A stretch of DNA of 64,000 nucleotides, from contig CAXXLX010000001.1 of assembly GCA_963665235.2 (NCBI GenBank), positions 2,912,001 through 2,976,000 of the forward strand, written 5' to 3'. The position numbers and the translations under genes are program-made. Positions 1 to 8,261 of the stretch are shown in pieces; the stretch's first letter is position 1; the number at the start of each line of letters is the position of its first letter. Origin of the DNA: Candidatus Poribacteria bacterium (GTDB lineage: Bacteria; Poribacteria; WGA-4E; WGA-3G). The notes below the pieces were generated by a model, which saw only the letters and a list, made by a program, of their open reading frames with translations, was not told the origin of the DNA and did no database searches.

Positions 1-786
1 ACATTGAGTGCCTGTTTTGACGATGCGGATGCGGTGGTTTCCGTAGCAAAGATGAAAAACCACGCCTTCATGGGAATTACCTTATGCACAAAAAACCTAT
101 TTGGGTTGCCCCCGATGCTGCTTCCGGAGGGGAGAACGCGCAGCTATTACCATCATCTCATTCGTCTCTCCTATGTTCTACCCGATTTGGCACTCATAAC
201 GAGGCCGTGCCTCAATATTATTGATGCACTCACAGGACAGTGGGGACGCGAATGGGGCGGCGAAGGCAGAATCTGCAACGCACTCATCGCAGGCGACCAT
301 CCCATAACAACTGATACCGTCGGCATGCATCTCATGGGACATGACCCCGCTTCCGATTGGCCCACCCCGCCTTTCAAACGCGACCGCAATCACATCCTCA
401 TCGCCGCTCAGCGCGGATATGGCACTGTCAACCTAGATGAAATCGATTGGGAGAGTGAGGTCACAGCACCGTTAGCCGAATTCGATTCCGTAGAAACAGA
501 CACTCCAGAAAGGGTTGCCAATTGGCGAAGAACGACGTGTGAACAAGGGATAGTCTATCTTGAAAATCGGAAAAACCTCATCGACCGGTATCGCGGGGAT
601 TTCATCTACTTGCAGGGCGGCGAGGTAGTCTGGAGCGGGCCCGACCCATCGAATCTCGGCAGCCGTCGCCAACTCAGCGGTGCAAAAAAGGACAGCGCGC
701 TCTGGCTCAAACTTGTTGACGCGGAGGAACATGAAGGCGAACGTTTCAGCGTTTATGAAGAGTGCCTAAAACCTTTCGCTGCGTAG
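1..786 (+). CDS. DUF362 domain protein, 5' part outside the window
   Basis: The motifs KMKNH..GITLCTKNLFG, LNIIDAL and D...D are typical of DUF362. The frame is open at the window start. Confidence 0.75.
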   Translation, partial: TLSACFDDADAVVSVAKMKNHAFMGITLCTKNLFGLPPMLLPEGRTRSYYHHLIRLSYVLPDLALITRPCLNIIDALTGQWGREWGGEGRICNALIAGDHPITTDTVGMHLMGHDPASDWPTPPFKRDRNHILIAAQRGYGTVNLDEIDWESEVTAPLAEFDSVETDTPERVANWRRTTCEQGIVYLENRKNLIDRYRGDFIYLQGGEVVWSGPDPSNLGSRRQLSGAKKDSALWLKLVDAEEHEGERFSVYEECLKPFAA

Positions 787-936
787 CGGCACAAGTAACA
801 AAGTAATTTGTCTCATGGACATCAATTTAGCGTATAGACGGTCCCTACGTCGATTTCTTGTTGATAATTAGACCTCGATATAGTATATTAATTTAAGATG
901 GTTAGTTCTGTTTTCGATTTTACGTAGGAGAAAAAA

Positions 937-2586
937 ATGAGAAGTTTTGGCACTGAGGGACGTGTATATCCTGATGAGCATTATGTTGTGCCGCGCACAG
1001 CAGAAATCGCTGATTTCGTTCAGCGCGTCAAAGCTGGTAAGTATATTGTGCTGTTTGCACCACGCCAGACAGGCAAGACCACCTTTTTCCGATTTGCACT
1101 AGCCGCGCTTGTCGCAGAAGAATCAACCTATTTCCCGATACAGTTGGATTTTCAAGACCTGCGCAATGTCTCACCTGCCACGTTTTACGAGGAGCTCTAC
1201 TACATGATTCGCGAGCAAATAGAAGTTGTTTTCGAACAGCGGGAGGGCGTTCCTTCTGAGGCATTAGCACGATTTTTGGAAAACACCCAGCTAACCAATC
1301 ATCGTTCGATGACACGATTCTTTAAACAATTGCAGCATCTGTTGCAAGCACCTATTGCAAGCATGAATTTACTAGAAGGTGATTCGCATAAACAGGTCCC
1401 AGCATTCAAGCGGGTTGTGCTGTTGATTGATGAGTTTGATGGCATCCCGCCAACTGTCGTGAGCGATTTCCTTTATGCCCTCCGCCGGATTTATCTTTCC
1501 GGTAAACCTCGTTGTCCACACAGCGTTGGTATTGTCGGGGTTAAGAACATCACACAGCTCGACTACGACTCATCTGTCTCACCTTTCAACATCCAAAATG
1601 AGTTCAAATTACCGAACTTTACACTCGAAGAGGTGCGTGAACTATTCGGGCAGTATACGGCAGAAGTCGGTCAAGCCTTCGCACCAGAAGTCATTGAGTC
1701 CATTCATAAACAGACCGTAGGGCAACCCTTCCTTGTTAACCGATTCGGGCAAATACTCACCAAAGAATTAGAGATTCCGAAAACAGAGACGATTACCCTT
1801 GCACACTTTGCGAAAGCACATGCACAGCTACTTAGGGAAAACAACGTCAACCTGCGGCATTTGTCCACCAATATCCGCAGAAACCGCCGTTTTGAAACCT
1901 TCCTCATGCGCATCATGGGGCGAGATGAAGGCGTAGAATTCAACTTATACGATGACGTTATCAGCGAATTAGCCACTTACGGTGTCATTACAAAAGGAGC
2001 TGACGATACGTGTGAAATAGTGAACCCGATCTATCTGTATTGCATCCTACAGACATTCAAACCTGCCGTGAATGGATTAGAGGATGAATACTTCCCCGAA
2101 GACACATCCGACGGTTTTCTACACTACCTCACACCTACAGGAGAGATTGCGTTAGAGGCATTATTGGACAACTTTCGGGATTTCATTGTGCGTGCCGGTT
2201 TCGGGATTCTACAGGTGCCGGATACACCGCGTGAGTCTGTCGGGAGGTTGCTGCTGCTATCCTATCTTGATCAGTTTGTTAAGCTTGTCGGCGGGGTGAT
2301 GCACATAGAGGTCCCAACCGGTCGCGGACAGATGGATTTGCTGATTACGCATGAACAAAAGAAGTATATCGTTGAAACGAAGGTATGGCGCGGGGCGATG
2401 TATTATGAGGCAGGCAAGAAGCAGCTGGCTGCACATATCAAAACAGAGGGTGCAGTAGAGGGATATTATGTCGTCTTTGACCATCGGCGCACACCGAGGC
2501 CACTTGTGGAAACAGAAACGGTTGACGGTATCACAATTCGGAGTTATATCATTCCTGTGATACAAGAACAACCCTCAACTGCCTGA
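937..2586 (+). CDS. AAA-like ATPase with C-terminal PD-(D/E)XK nuclease-like domain
   Basis: Walker A APRQTGKT, Walker B LLIDEFD and C-terminal MDLLI...IVETK. An AGGAG RBS lies upstream. Confidence 0.8.
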   Translation: MRSFGTEGRVYPDEHYVVPRTAEIADFVQRVKAGKYIVLFAPRQTGKTTFFRFALAALVAEESTYFPIQLDFQDLRNVSPATFYEELYYMIREQIEVVFEQREGVPSEALARFLENTQLTNHRSMTRFFKQLQHLLQAPIASMNLLEGDSHKQVPAFKRVVLLIDEFDGIPPTVVSDFLYALRRIYLSGKPRCPHSVGIVGVKNITQLDYDSSVSPFNIQNEFKLPNFTLEEVRELFGQYTAEVGQAFAPEVIESIHKQTVGQPFLVNRFGQILTKELEIPKTETITLAHFAKAHAQLLRENNVNLRHLSTNIRRNRRFETFLMRIMGRDEGVEFNLYDDVISELATYGVITKGADDTCEIVNPIYLYCILQTFKPAVNGLEDEYFPEDTSDGFLHYLTPTGEIALEALLDNFRDFIVRAGFGILQVPDTPRESVGRLLLLSYLDQFVKLVGGVMHIEVPTGRGQMDLLITHEQKKYIVETKVWRGAMYYEAGKKQLAAHIKTEGAVEGYYVVFDHRRTPRPLVETETVDGITIRSYIIPVIQEQPSTA

Positions 2587-2625
2587 TATATAGGCAATCC
2601 GCGCTTTCAGAAAGGAGAATCCCAG

Positions 2626-3378
2626 ATGGCTATCACTGAAGCACAAAAGAAACAACTAGATGAACAGGGATGCATCGTAATTCCAGACGTGCTTTCCGAC
2701 GAAGAGATTGACTTGTACAGAGCCGATATACTGCGATTAGCAGAGCAGGAGAAGCAGGACGGTTCTGCGCTGCGGCACACCGATGGATATGGGCAGCACG
2801 TTCGTTGGTTGCCAAATAAAGGCGAAATCTACGAGCAGTTAGTCGCGCGTCCGAAAGTGATGCCGTTCTTTGAACATCTACTCGGCGCGGATTACACGCT
2901 CAGCACCCTCACCTCCAATATCATTGACCCGGGCGCACCTGATGGCGCGTACCATGTGGATAGTGTGCTTGGAGTCATGCCGGAGCCGCTCCCCAGTTTT
3001 CCTATGGTCGCGAATAGTCTCTGGTTGCTTGACGATTTTACACCAGAGAACGGCGGAACGCGCCATGTCCCCGGTATCCACCGGCAACAAATAAAACCAC
3101 CCCCCGGCACTACACATCACCCGGATGAGGTCCGACTCTCTGCACCGAAGGGCTCCGTATTCCTTTTCAACGGGGCTATCTGGCATTCCGCAGGTGCCAA
3201 CCAGACAGACGAAAAACGGGTCGCGCTTATCTGCTTCTGTTGTCGCTCCTTTATCAAACCGATGTTTGACTTCGTCCATTACCTTGAACCGGAGGTCGTT
3301 GAACGCGCTACACCGACAATGCGCCGAATTTATGGATTCGATTCTCAGCCGAGACCTCCCGATCAGCCGACACAGTAG
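2626..3378 (+). CDS. Phytanoyl-CoA dioxygenase (PhyH) family Fe/2OG dioxygenase
   Basis: HxD (YHVD), DDFTPENGGT..VPG and WHSAGAN motifs. Confidence 0.85.
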   Translation: MAITEAQKKQLDEQGCIVIPDVLSDEEIDLYRADILRLAEQEKQDGSALRHTDGYGQHVRWLPNKGEIYEQLVARPKVMPFFEHLLGADYTLSTLTSNIIDPGAPDGAYHVDSVLGVMPEPLPSFPMVANSLWLLDDFTPENGGTRHVPGIHRQQIKPPPGTTHHPDEVRLSAPKGSVFLFNGAIWHSAGANQTDEKRVALICFCCRSFIKPMFDFVHYLEPEVVERATPTMRRIYGFDSQPRPPDQPTQ

Positions 3379-3412
3379 CGTTGTCCAAGATTGAAATAGA
3401 GGGCAAAATTGT

Positions 3413-5299
3413 ATGCCTAGTTCGTCCACCCATTTTACGATAAAATTCATTTTAATCTTAGCGATGTTGCTTCTGAATGCCGTACCCGATGTGGACGCTT
3501 TCGCCGAGGAAAACGGGACCGAACAGAATGACCTGCTATCCACTACAACGGAACCTAAATTCCTCATCAGGCAAATTCGTTTTGAAGGGAACAAATCCCT
3601 GAACCGTAAAACCTTGAGTGACACCCTCAATTTGCGAGAAGGGGAACAGTACACCCGCGCCGAAATTATCAACGGTTTTCAACGCCTCCTCGCCGAATAT
3701 CGGAGGGCAGGCTTCGTATTTGCAAAACTAACCCCCGAATCCGTTACAGTGCCAGCAAAACAGAACCATAAATTGGATAGGGCCGAACCAGAACAGGTCT
3801 CAATTCAGGTAAAAATTAACGAGGGAAAGCGGATTCGCATCGGGCAACTTACATTTAAAGGCAATCAACTTTTCTCCCAAACCGATATCCACCGTGAACT
3901 TGACTTGAAACGGGGACAGCTTTTTACTGAAACCGTGCTGCAAGAAGGTATTGACAGAATTCAGGCCTTGTATAGTCAGCAGGGGCACCCTAAAGTTGAA
4001 ATAGAACTCACCGATGTCAAGCTCTCCGCTGAGACAAGCACAATAGATTTTCAATTGCAGATTCGCGAAGGCACAGAAGTACGCCTCAGCGAAATAAAGC
4101 TCAGCGGACTCAAAAAGACTAAAACCCACGTCGTCACCCGGGAAATTCCTGTTAAAGTTGGGCAACGTTTCAATCAGCGCAAAATTGACCAGAGTTATCA
4201 CCGCTTGCGGAACTTAGGATATTTTTACCAGGTGCATCCCAATTTGCTAGAGGCTGGCGCGACAGATGACACAATTATCTTTCATGCCAAGCTCACCGAA
4301 GCGCGCACAGGCCGTTTGAGCGGAATCCTCGGGTACGCACCGCCAGCAGAGAACGTTGACTCTGTCCCGCAACTCACGGGCGTACTAGAGTTACGGGAGG
4401 AAAATCTCATGGGAACGGGCCGCGCAGTCAACATCTATTGGAAATCCGGTTTGCTTAAAACGTTGCGTCTCGGTTACAAAGAGCCGTGGGTATTCGGCAA
4501 ACCTGTAACGCTTGGGGTGGGATATAGTCAACGCAAACAGCGGAACCCGTTTACTGCGGCTGAATCTGAAGAAAAATCGGCAAACGTCAGTCTGGCAACA
4601 GATTTCGGTAGAAGTTTGGCAGCTGAAGTGATGCTCGGTTATAAACAGATTCGGTTTGCTGGTATTCTTTCACCGTTATTGCTGACAACCTCGCTAGATA
4701 CCCAATTTCCTAATGTCAATACACAGACTGAGCAAACCGCTGCACCGGTGGAACGCGGCACAAAATATAGCCTCACGCTTCGCTTCACCCGGGATACACG
4801 CGATTATTTTCTCAATCCAACCCACGGCAGACGCGATAGTATTGCCGTTGAGGTGTCACGGAGCGATTTTAAACTCCGAAAGGTTTGGCTTGACCTCCAG
4901 CAGTATTTTCCGACATGGAAAAATCAGACCATCGCTATTGAACTTCACGGCGCAGCCGCATGGGGCGTTAACATTCCACCGACGGAGCTGTTCTATTTAG
5001 GCGGAGCTAACACGCTCCGAGGATATGATGAGGATTGGTTTTCCGGACCGCGCCGCGCCTATGCCAATTTTGAATATAGACTCCTTATAGGCAGGCAGTC
5101 CCAACTATTCACCTTCGTCGATTTGGGCGCGGTTACACTAAAAGAGCAGCCTGCTGTTTTTGATAAACTACGCGTCGGTTACGGATTTGGCGTACGGCTT
5201 GAATCCAGGGGCGGAATCCTACAGTTAGATTACGGGCTCGCCGCTGGCGACTCCGCACTCCGTGGTAAAATTCACGTGCAACTCGGCGCAGCATTTTAA
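3413..5299 (+). CDS. Omp85 (BamA/TamA) family outer-membrane protein with POTRA domains
   Basis: Signal peptide, about three POTRA repeats (IRFEGN, LTFKGN, IKLSG), LGG.NTLRGY motif and terminal Phe. Confidence 0.85.
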   Translation: MPSSSTHFTIKFILILAMLLLNAVPDVDAFAEENGTEQNDLLSTTTEPKFLIRQIRFEGNKSLNRKTLSDTLNLREGEQYTRAEIINGFQRLLAEYRRAGFVFAKLTPESVTVPAKQNHKLDRAEPEQVSIQVKINEGKRIRIGQLTFKGNQLFSQTDIHRELDLKRGQLFTETVLQEGIDRIQALYSQQGHPKVEIELTDVKLSAETSTIDFQLQIREGTEVRLSEIKLSGLKKTKTHVVTREIPVKVGQRFNQRKIDQSYHRLRNLGYFYQVHPNLLEAGATDDTIIFHAKLTEARTGRLSGILGYAPPAENVDSVPQLTGVLELREENLMGTGRAVNIYWKSGLLKTLRLGYKEPWVFGKPVTLGVGYSQRKQRNPFTAAESEEKSANVSLATDFGRSLAAEVMLGYKQIRFAGILSPLLLTTSLDTQFPNVNTQTEQTAAPVERGTKYSLTLRFTRDTRDYFLNPTHGRRDSIAVEVSRSDFKLRKVWLDLQQYFPTWKNQTIAIELHGAAAWGVNIPPTELFYLGGANTLRGYDEDWFSGPRRAYANFEYRLLIGRQSQLFTFVDLGAVTLKEQPAVFDKLRVGYGFGVRLESRGGILQLDYGLAAGDSALRGKIHVQLGAAF

Positions 5300-5355
5300 A
5301 AACCAAAAACACCGCGATATTTTTTTTGAAGAAAAATCAAACCGTTCGCAACTAA

Positions 5356-5535
5356 TACCATTTCTAATTGAAAATGTCTCTTTGTAGTAGCATAAACTTC
5401 CAGTTTGTGCGTTTTATCGTAGCATAAACTTCCAGTTTGTGCGTTTTATCGTAGCATAAACTTCCAGTTTGGGTCTTCCGTTCTCCGTTTCATTTCTAAC
5501 AACCGGTAATGATAGAATAATTAATAAAAATGGTA
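5356..5535. mobile_element. MITE copy 1 with TACCATTT/AAATGGTA TIRs, TAA TSD and 3 internal REP-like units
   Basis: The ends are essentially identical to those of 24026-24604. TAA is duplicated at 5353-5355 and 5536-5538. GTAGCATAAACTTCCAGTTTG occurs at 5387, 5419 and 5451. Confidence 0.8.
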
Positions 5536-5667
5536 TAATATAACAGAAAACCAAAACATTTTTGGCAGACAAGCGGTGCGTTTTGCAACTCATCTGATTA
5601 GCCACCGCTATCGAAAGTGTGACATTTCATTTTTTTTGAAATCGTCCAAGGCGATTGTCCAGTGCGG

Positions 5668-5968
5668 ACAAACATAGACGGGGTGTGTGTGCAGACACAT
5701 TCAGCCCCGAAACCCCAATGTTACACTTTGTGTCAAAAGTGTAACTTATGCACCGGAGCAGCCCCAAAAAGTCCGAGGCAGAACGATAAAAAAGTAGGCA
5801 GGACACACAACCGAAATCGGCGGTTGAAATGACACACTTCGTTTTTTTTGTGTTGCGAAAAAGAGAGGGCAAAAACGCTACAAACATAGACGGGGCGTGC
5901 ATTCATGCACATTCAACACCGAAACCCCAATGTTACACTTTGTGTCAAAAGTGTAACTTATGCACCGG
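5668..5968. repeat. Two ~89-bp direct repeats (5668-5756 and 5880-5968) with an internal palindrome
   Basis: Both share ACAAACATAGACGGGG...CCGAAACCCCAATGTTACACTTTGTGTCAAAAGTGTAACTTATGCACCGG. Confidence 0.8.
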
Positions 5969-5972
5969 TTTT

Positions 5973-6012
5973 GTACAAAAACTTTACACACGGGTGTGTA
6001 AAGTTTTTGTAC
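5973..6012. repeat. Perfect 19-bp inverted repeat with 2-nt loop
   Basis: GTACAAAAACTTTACACAC-GG-GTGTGTAAAGTTTTTGTAC. Confidence 0.9.
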
Positions 6013-6014
6013 TA

Positions 6015-6944
6015 ACGTGAGTTTGGAAAAAATTTTCCCTTAGTATTTCGGCAACCAGCTCGCTCCTTAGGAACGATATCTTTATAGAAGAAGCGCGTTA
6101 GTCCGGACTAGAAGCAGAGGCACACGCCCCAAATCTTAGTCCCATCGGGACGATATCTTTATAGAAGAGGGCGTTTCCGGACTAAATCTTAGTCCCATCG
6201 GGACGCTATCTTTATAGAAGCAGAGGCACACGCCCCAAATCTTAGTCCCATCGGGACGATATCTTTATAGAAGAAGGCGTTTCCGGACTAAATCTTAGTC
6301 CCATCGGGACGCTATATTTATAGAAGCAGAGGCGCACGCCCCAAATCTTAGTCCCATCGGGACGATATCTTTATAGAAGAGGGCGTTTCCGGACTAAATC
6401 TTAGTCCCATCGGGACGATATCTTTATAGAAGAAGAGGGCGTTTCCGGACTAAATCTTAGTCCCATCGGGACGATATCTTTATAGAAGAGGGCGTTTCCG
6501 GACTAAATCTTAGTCCCATCGGGACGCTATATTTATAGAAGCAGAGGCGCACGCCCCAAATCTTAGTCCCATCGGGACGATATCTTTATAGAAGAGGGCG
6601 TTTCCGGACTAAATCTTAGTCCCATCGGGACGATATCTTTATAGAAGCAGGGCGAGCCCCAAATCTTAGTCCCATCGGGACGATATCTTTATAGAAGAGG
6701 GCGTTTCCGGACTAAATCTTAGTCCCATCGGGACGATATCTTTATAGAAGAGGGCGTTTCCGGACTAAATCTTAGTCCCATCGGGACGATATCTTTATAG
6801 AAGCAGAGGCGCACGCCCCAAATCTTAGTCCCATCGGGACGATATCTTTATAGAAGAAGGCGTTTCCGGACTAAATCTTAGTCCCATCGGGACGATATCT
6901 TTATAGGGGTTAGTGCAAACCCACATTTATTATCAAACTCACGT
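6015..6944. mobile_element. MITE with ACGTGAGTTTG/CAAACTCACGT TIRs and near-perfect 7-bp TSD enclosing the 53-bp-period array
   Basis: TIRs at 6015-6025 and 6934-6944. Flanks are TGTACTA (6008-6014) and TGCACTA (6945-6951). The ends resemble IS982-family ends as recalled, not verified. Confidence 0.7.
6131..6906 (+). repeat. Tandem array of 15 37-bp hairpin repeats separated by two recurring ~16-bp spacer types (CRISPR-like appearance, REP-like)
   Basis: Repeat AAATCTTAGTCCCATCGGGACGATATCTTTATAGAAG (last copy truncated). Spacer A is AGGGCGTTTCCGGACT and spacer B is CAGAGGC(A/G)CACGCCCC. A degenerate copy lies at 6061-6090. Confidence 0.92.
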
Positions 6945-6983
6945 TGCACTATGATAAATAGAAGGGTGGATTTCGCGCGTGTT

Positions 6984-7028
6984 GTCTGAATCTCGGATTA
7001 TCACGGATTACGCGGATTACGCGGATTT
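6984..7028 (+). repeat. Short interspersed repeat GTCTGAATCNCGGATTATCACNGATT with CGCGGATTA microrepeats; second copy at ~18283-18310
   Basis: Direct sequence match between the two loci. Confidence 0.6.
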
Positions 7029-7252
7029 TAAGGTGTGTATGCGTTAAGGTTTTGTGATTAAGGGATGTTGTGCTTTTTTTGTCAGAATGCCCGTCGCATT
7101 TGGGCGAGGATGCCGCAAAGTGCGGTGGACACAGCGGACACAGCGGACGCGGAAAAAAGAGGTTTGTTGCTAACATCTACGCATTTTTTGCTGAATCAGG
7201 GAAGGTGGGGAGGCCGGGGCGGAGGCGGAAAGAAGCGGGGTTTGGGTAAAAT

Positions 7253-7333
7253 CTATAACCATATCGCCCCGCTGGGGCTATTTTGTGTTTTGTTTGGGTT
7301 TTCTATAAAGATACCGCCCCGCTGGGGCTAAGA
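7253..7333 (-). repeat. Two inverted-orientation relatives of the array repeat
   Basis: The reverse complement TCTTAGCCCCAGCGGGGCGGTATCTTTATAGAA compares with the array unit TCTTAGTCCCATCGGGACGATATCTTTATAGAA. Confidence 0.8.
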
Positions 7334-7364
7334 GCCGACTGTTCCCCTCAAGTTACGTTAGGAG

Positions 7365-7460
7365 GTCGCGTGCGAAGCAGGTTTCTACATAAGATGAATG
7401 TCGGGATTCTAGACAGGTCGAGGGGTGCCAGTCGCGTGCGAAGCAGGCTTCTACATAAGA
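7365..7460 (+). repeat. 30-bp direct repeat pair GTCGCGTGCGAAGCAGG(T/C)TTCTACATAAGA
   Basis: Copies at ~7365 and ~7431. Confidence 0.7.
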
Positions 7461-7499
7461 CATCGGACTGTTTGTAAAAAAACTTTACACACCCTCCGC

Positions 7500-7529
7500 T
7501 TGAATTTTTTCAAGAGAATGTGTTATAAT
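7500..7529 (+). promoter_or_regulatory. Putative sigma70 promoter
   Basis: TTGAAT-18 nt-TATAAT upstream of the cyclase-family gene. Confidence 0.5.
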
Positions 7530-7580
7530 ATCTATTAAGTTTTACTAATCACGAAATGCTTGTCGGAAGGAGGATATAAA

Positions 7581-8261
7581 ATGCGCCTTGACTTTCAAGA
7601 AGTACTCGATCTGTCCTATGTCGTTGATGAAAAGAGCCCGTGTGAACTACCAATCGATCCGGCCAACATTTATGCACAGGCGACGTTGGAGGAGGATGGC
7701 TACTTTGAAAGCCGTGTCGATATGTCCGGACACTACTCCACACACATGGATGCCCCCTGTTTAATGTACCCCGATGGTGCAACTATCGCTGAAATTCCGA
7801 AGGAAAAACTGACCGGGCATGCAGTCTTGATGGACTTTTCTGCAATTAAAAAACCGAACGACGCAGTGACCGCGGAGGATGTGACAGCCTGGATAGATGA
7901 AAATGGAGAAATACCTGAGGATAGCATCGTTTTTATGCGGACTGGAATGGATAGGTTCGTCTATCAGGACAACTTCAACCGGGAATGGATTGGGTTTAGC
8001 GAAGATGCGGCGGAGCTGCTTGTCAAAAAAGGTATAAAGGTTATCGGAACAGATGCGTGTAGTATTGACGCAGTGGAAGGACATCCGCCATTGCACGATG
8101 GGCTTCCGCCAGCACATCTCGTCTTCCTTGGGGCGGGCATCCCGCACGTTGAAGACCTGTGCAATTTGAGTCTACTCCCGACGCATTTCTACGTGGTAAT
8201 TGCGCCGCTAAAATTGGCGCGTAGCTCTGGTGCCCCCACGCGTGTCTTAGCGTTTGTATGA
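7581..8261 (+). CDS. Cyclase family protein (kynurenine formamidase-like)
   Basis: HYSTHMDAP, IGTDACSID and GAPTRVLA motifs. AGGAGG lies before ATG 7581. Confidence 0.85.
   Translation: MRLDFQEVLDLSYVVDEKSPCELPIDPANIYAQATLEEDGYFESRVDMSGHYSTHMDAPCLMYPDGATIAEIPKEKLTGHAVLMDFSAIKKPNDAVTAEDVTAWIDENGEIPEDSIVFMRTGMDRFVYQDNFNREWIGFSEDAAELLVKKGIKVIGTDACSIDAVEGHPPLHDGLPPAHLVFLGAGIPHVEDLCNLSLLPTHFYVVIAPLKLARSSGAPTRVLAFV

Larger units (their letters stand above)
5992..7494. mobile_element. Putative outer non-coding element bounded by GGGTGTGTAAAGTTTTT / AAAAACTTTACACACCC inverted ends
   Basis: Perfect 17-bp inverted match between 5992-6008 and 7478-7494. There is no transposase inside and no clear TSD. 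Confidence 0.5.

Noticed and set aside
2878-3672. Long antisense ORFs (also 30151-30789, 47379-47873 and 61860-62360)
   Set aside because: They are shadows of well-supported genes on the opposite strand and show no recognisable motifs.
6131-6906. Canonical CRISPR array
   Set aside because: The spacers are only 13-19 bp and are two recurring sequences rather than unique ones. There are no cas genes in the window, and related repeats occur dispersed and inverted.
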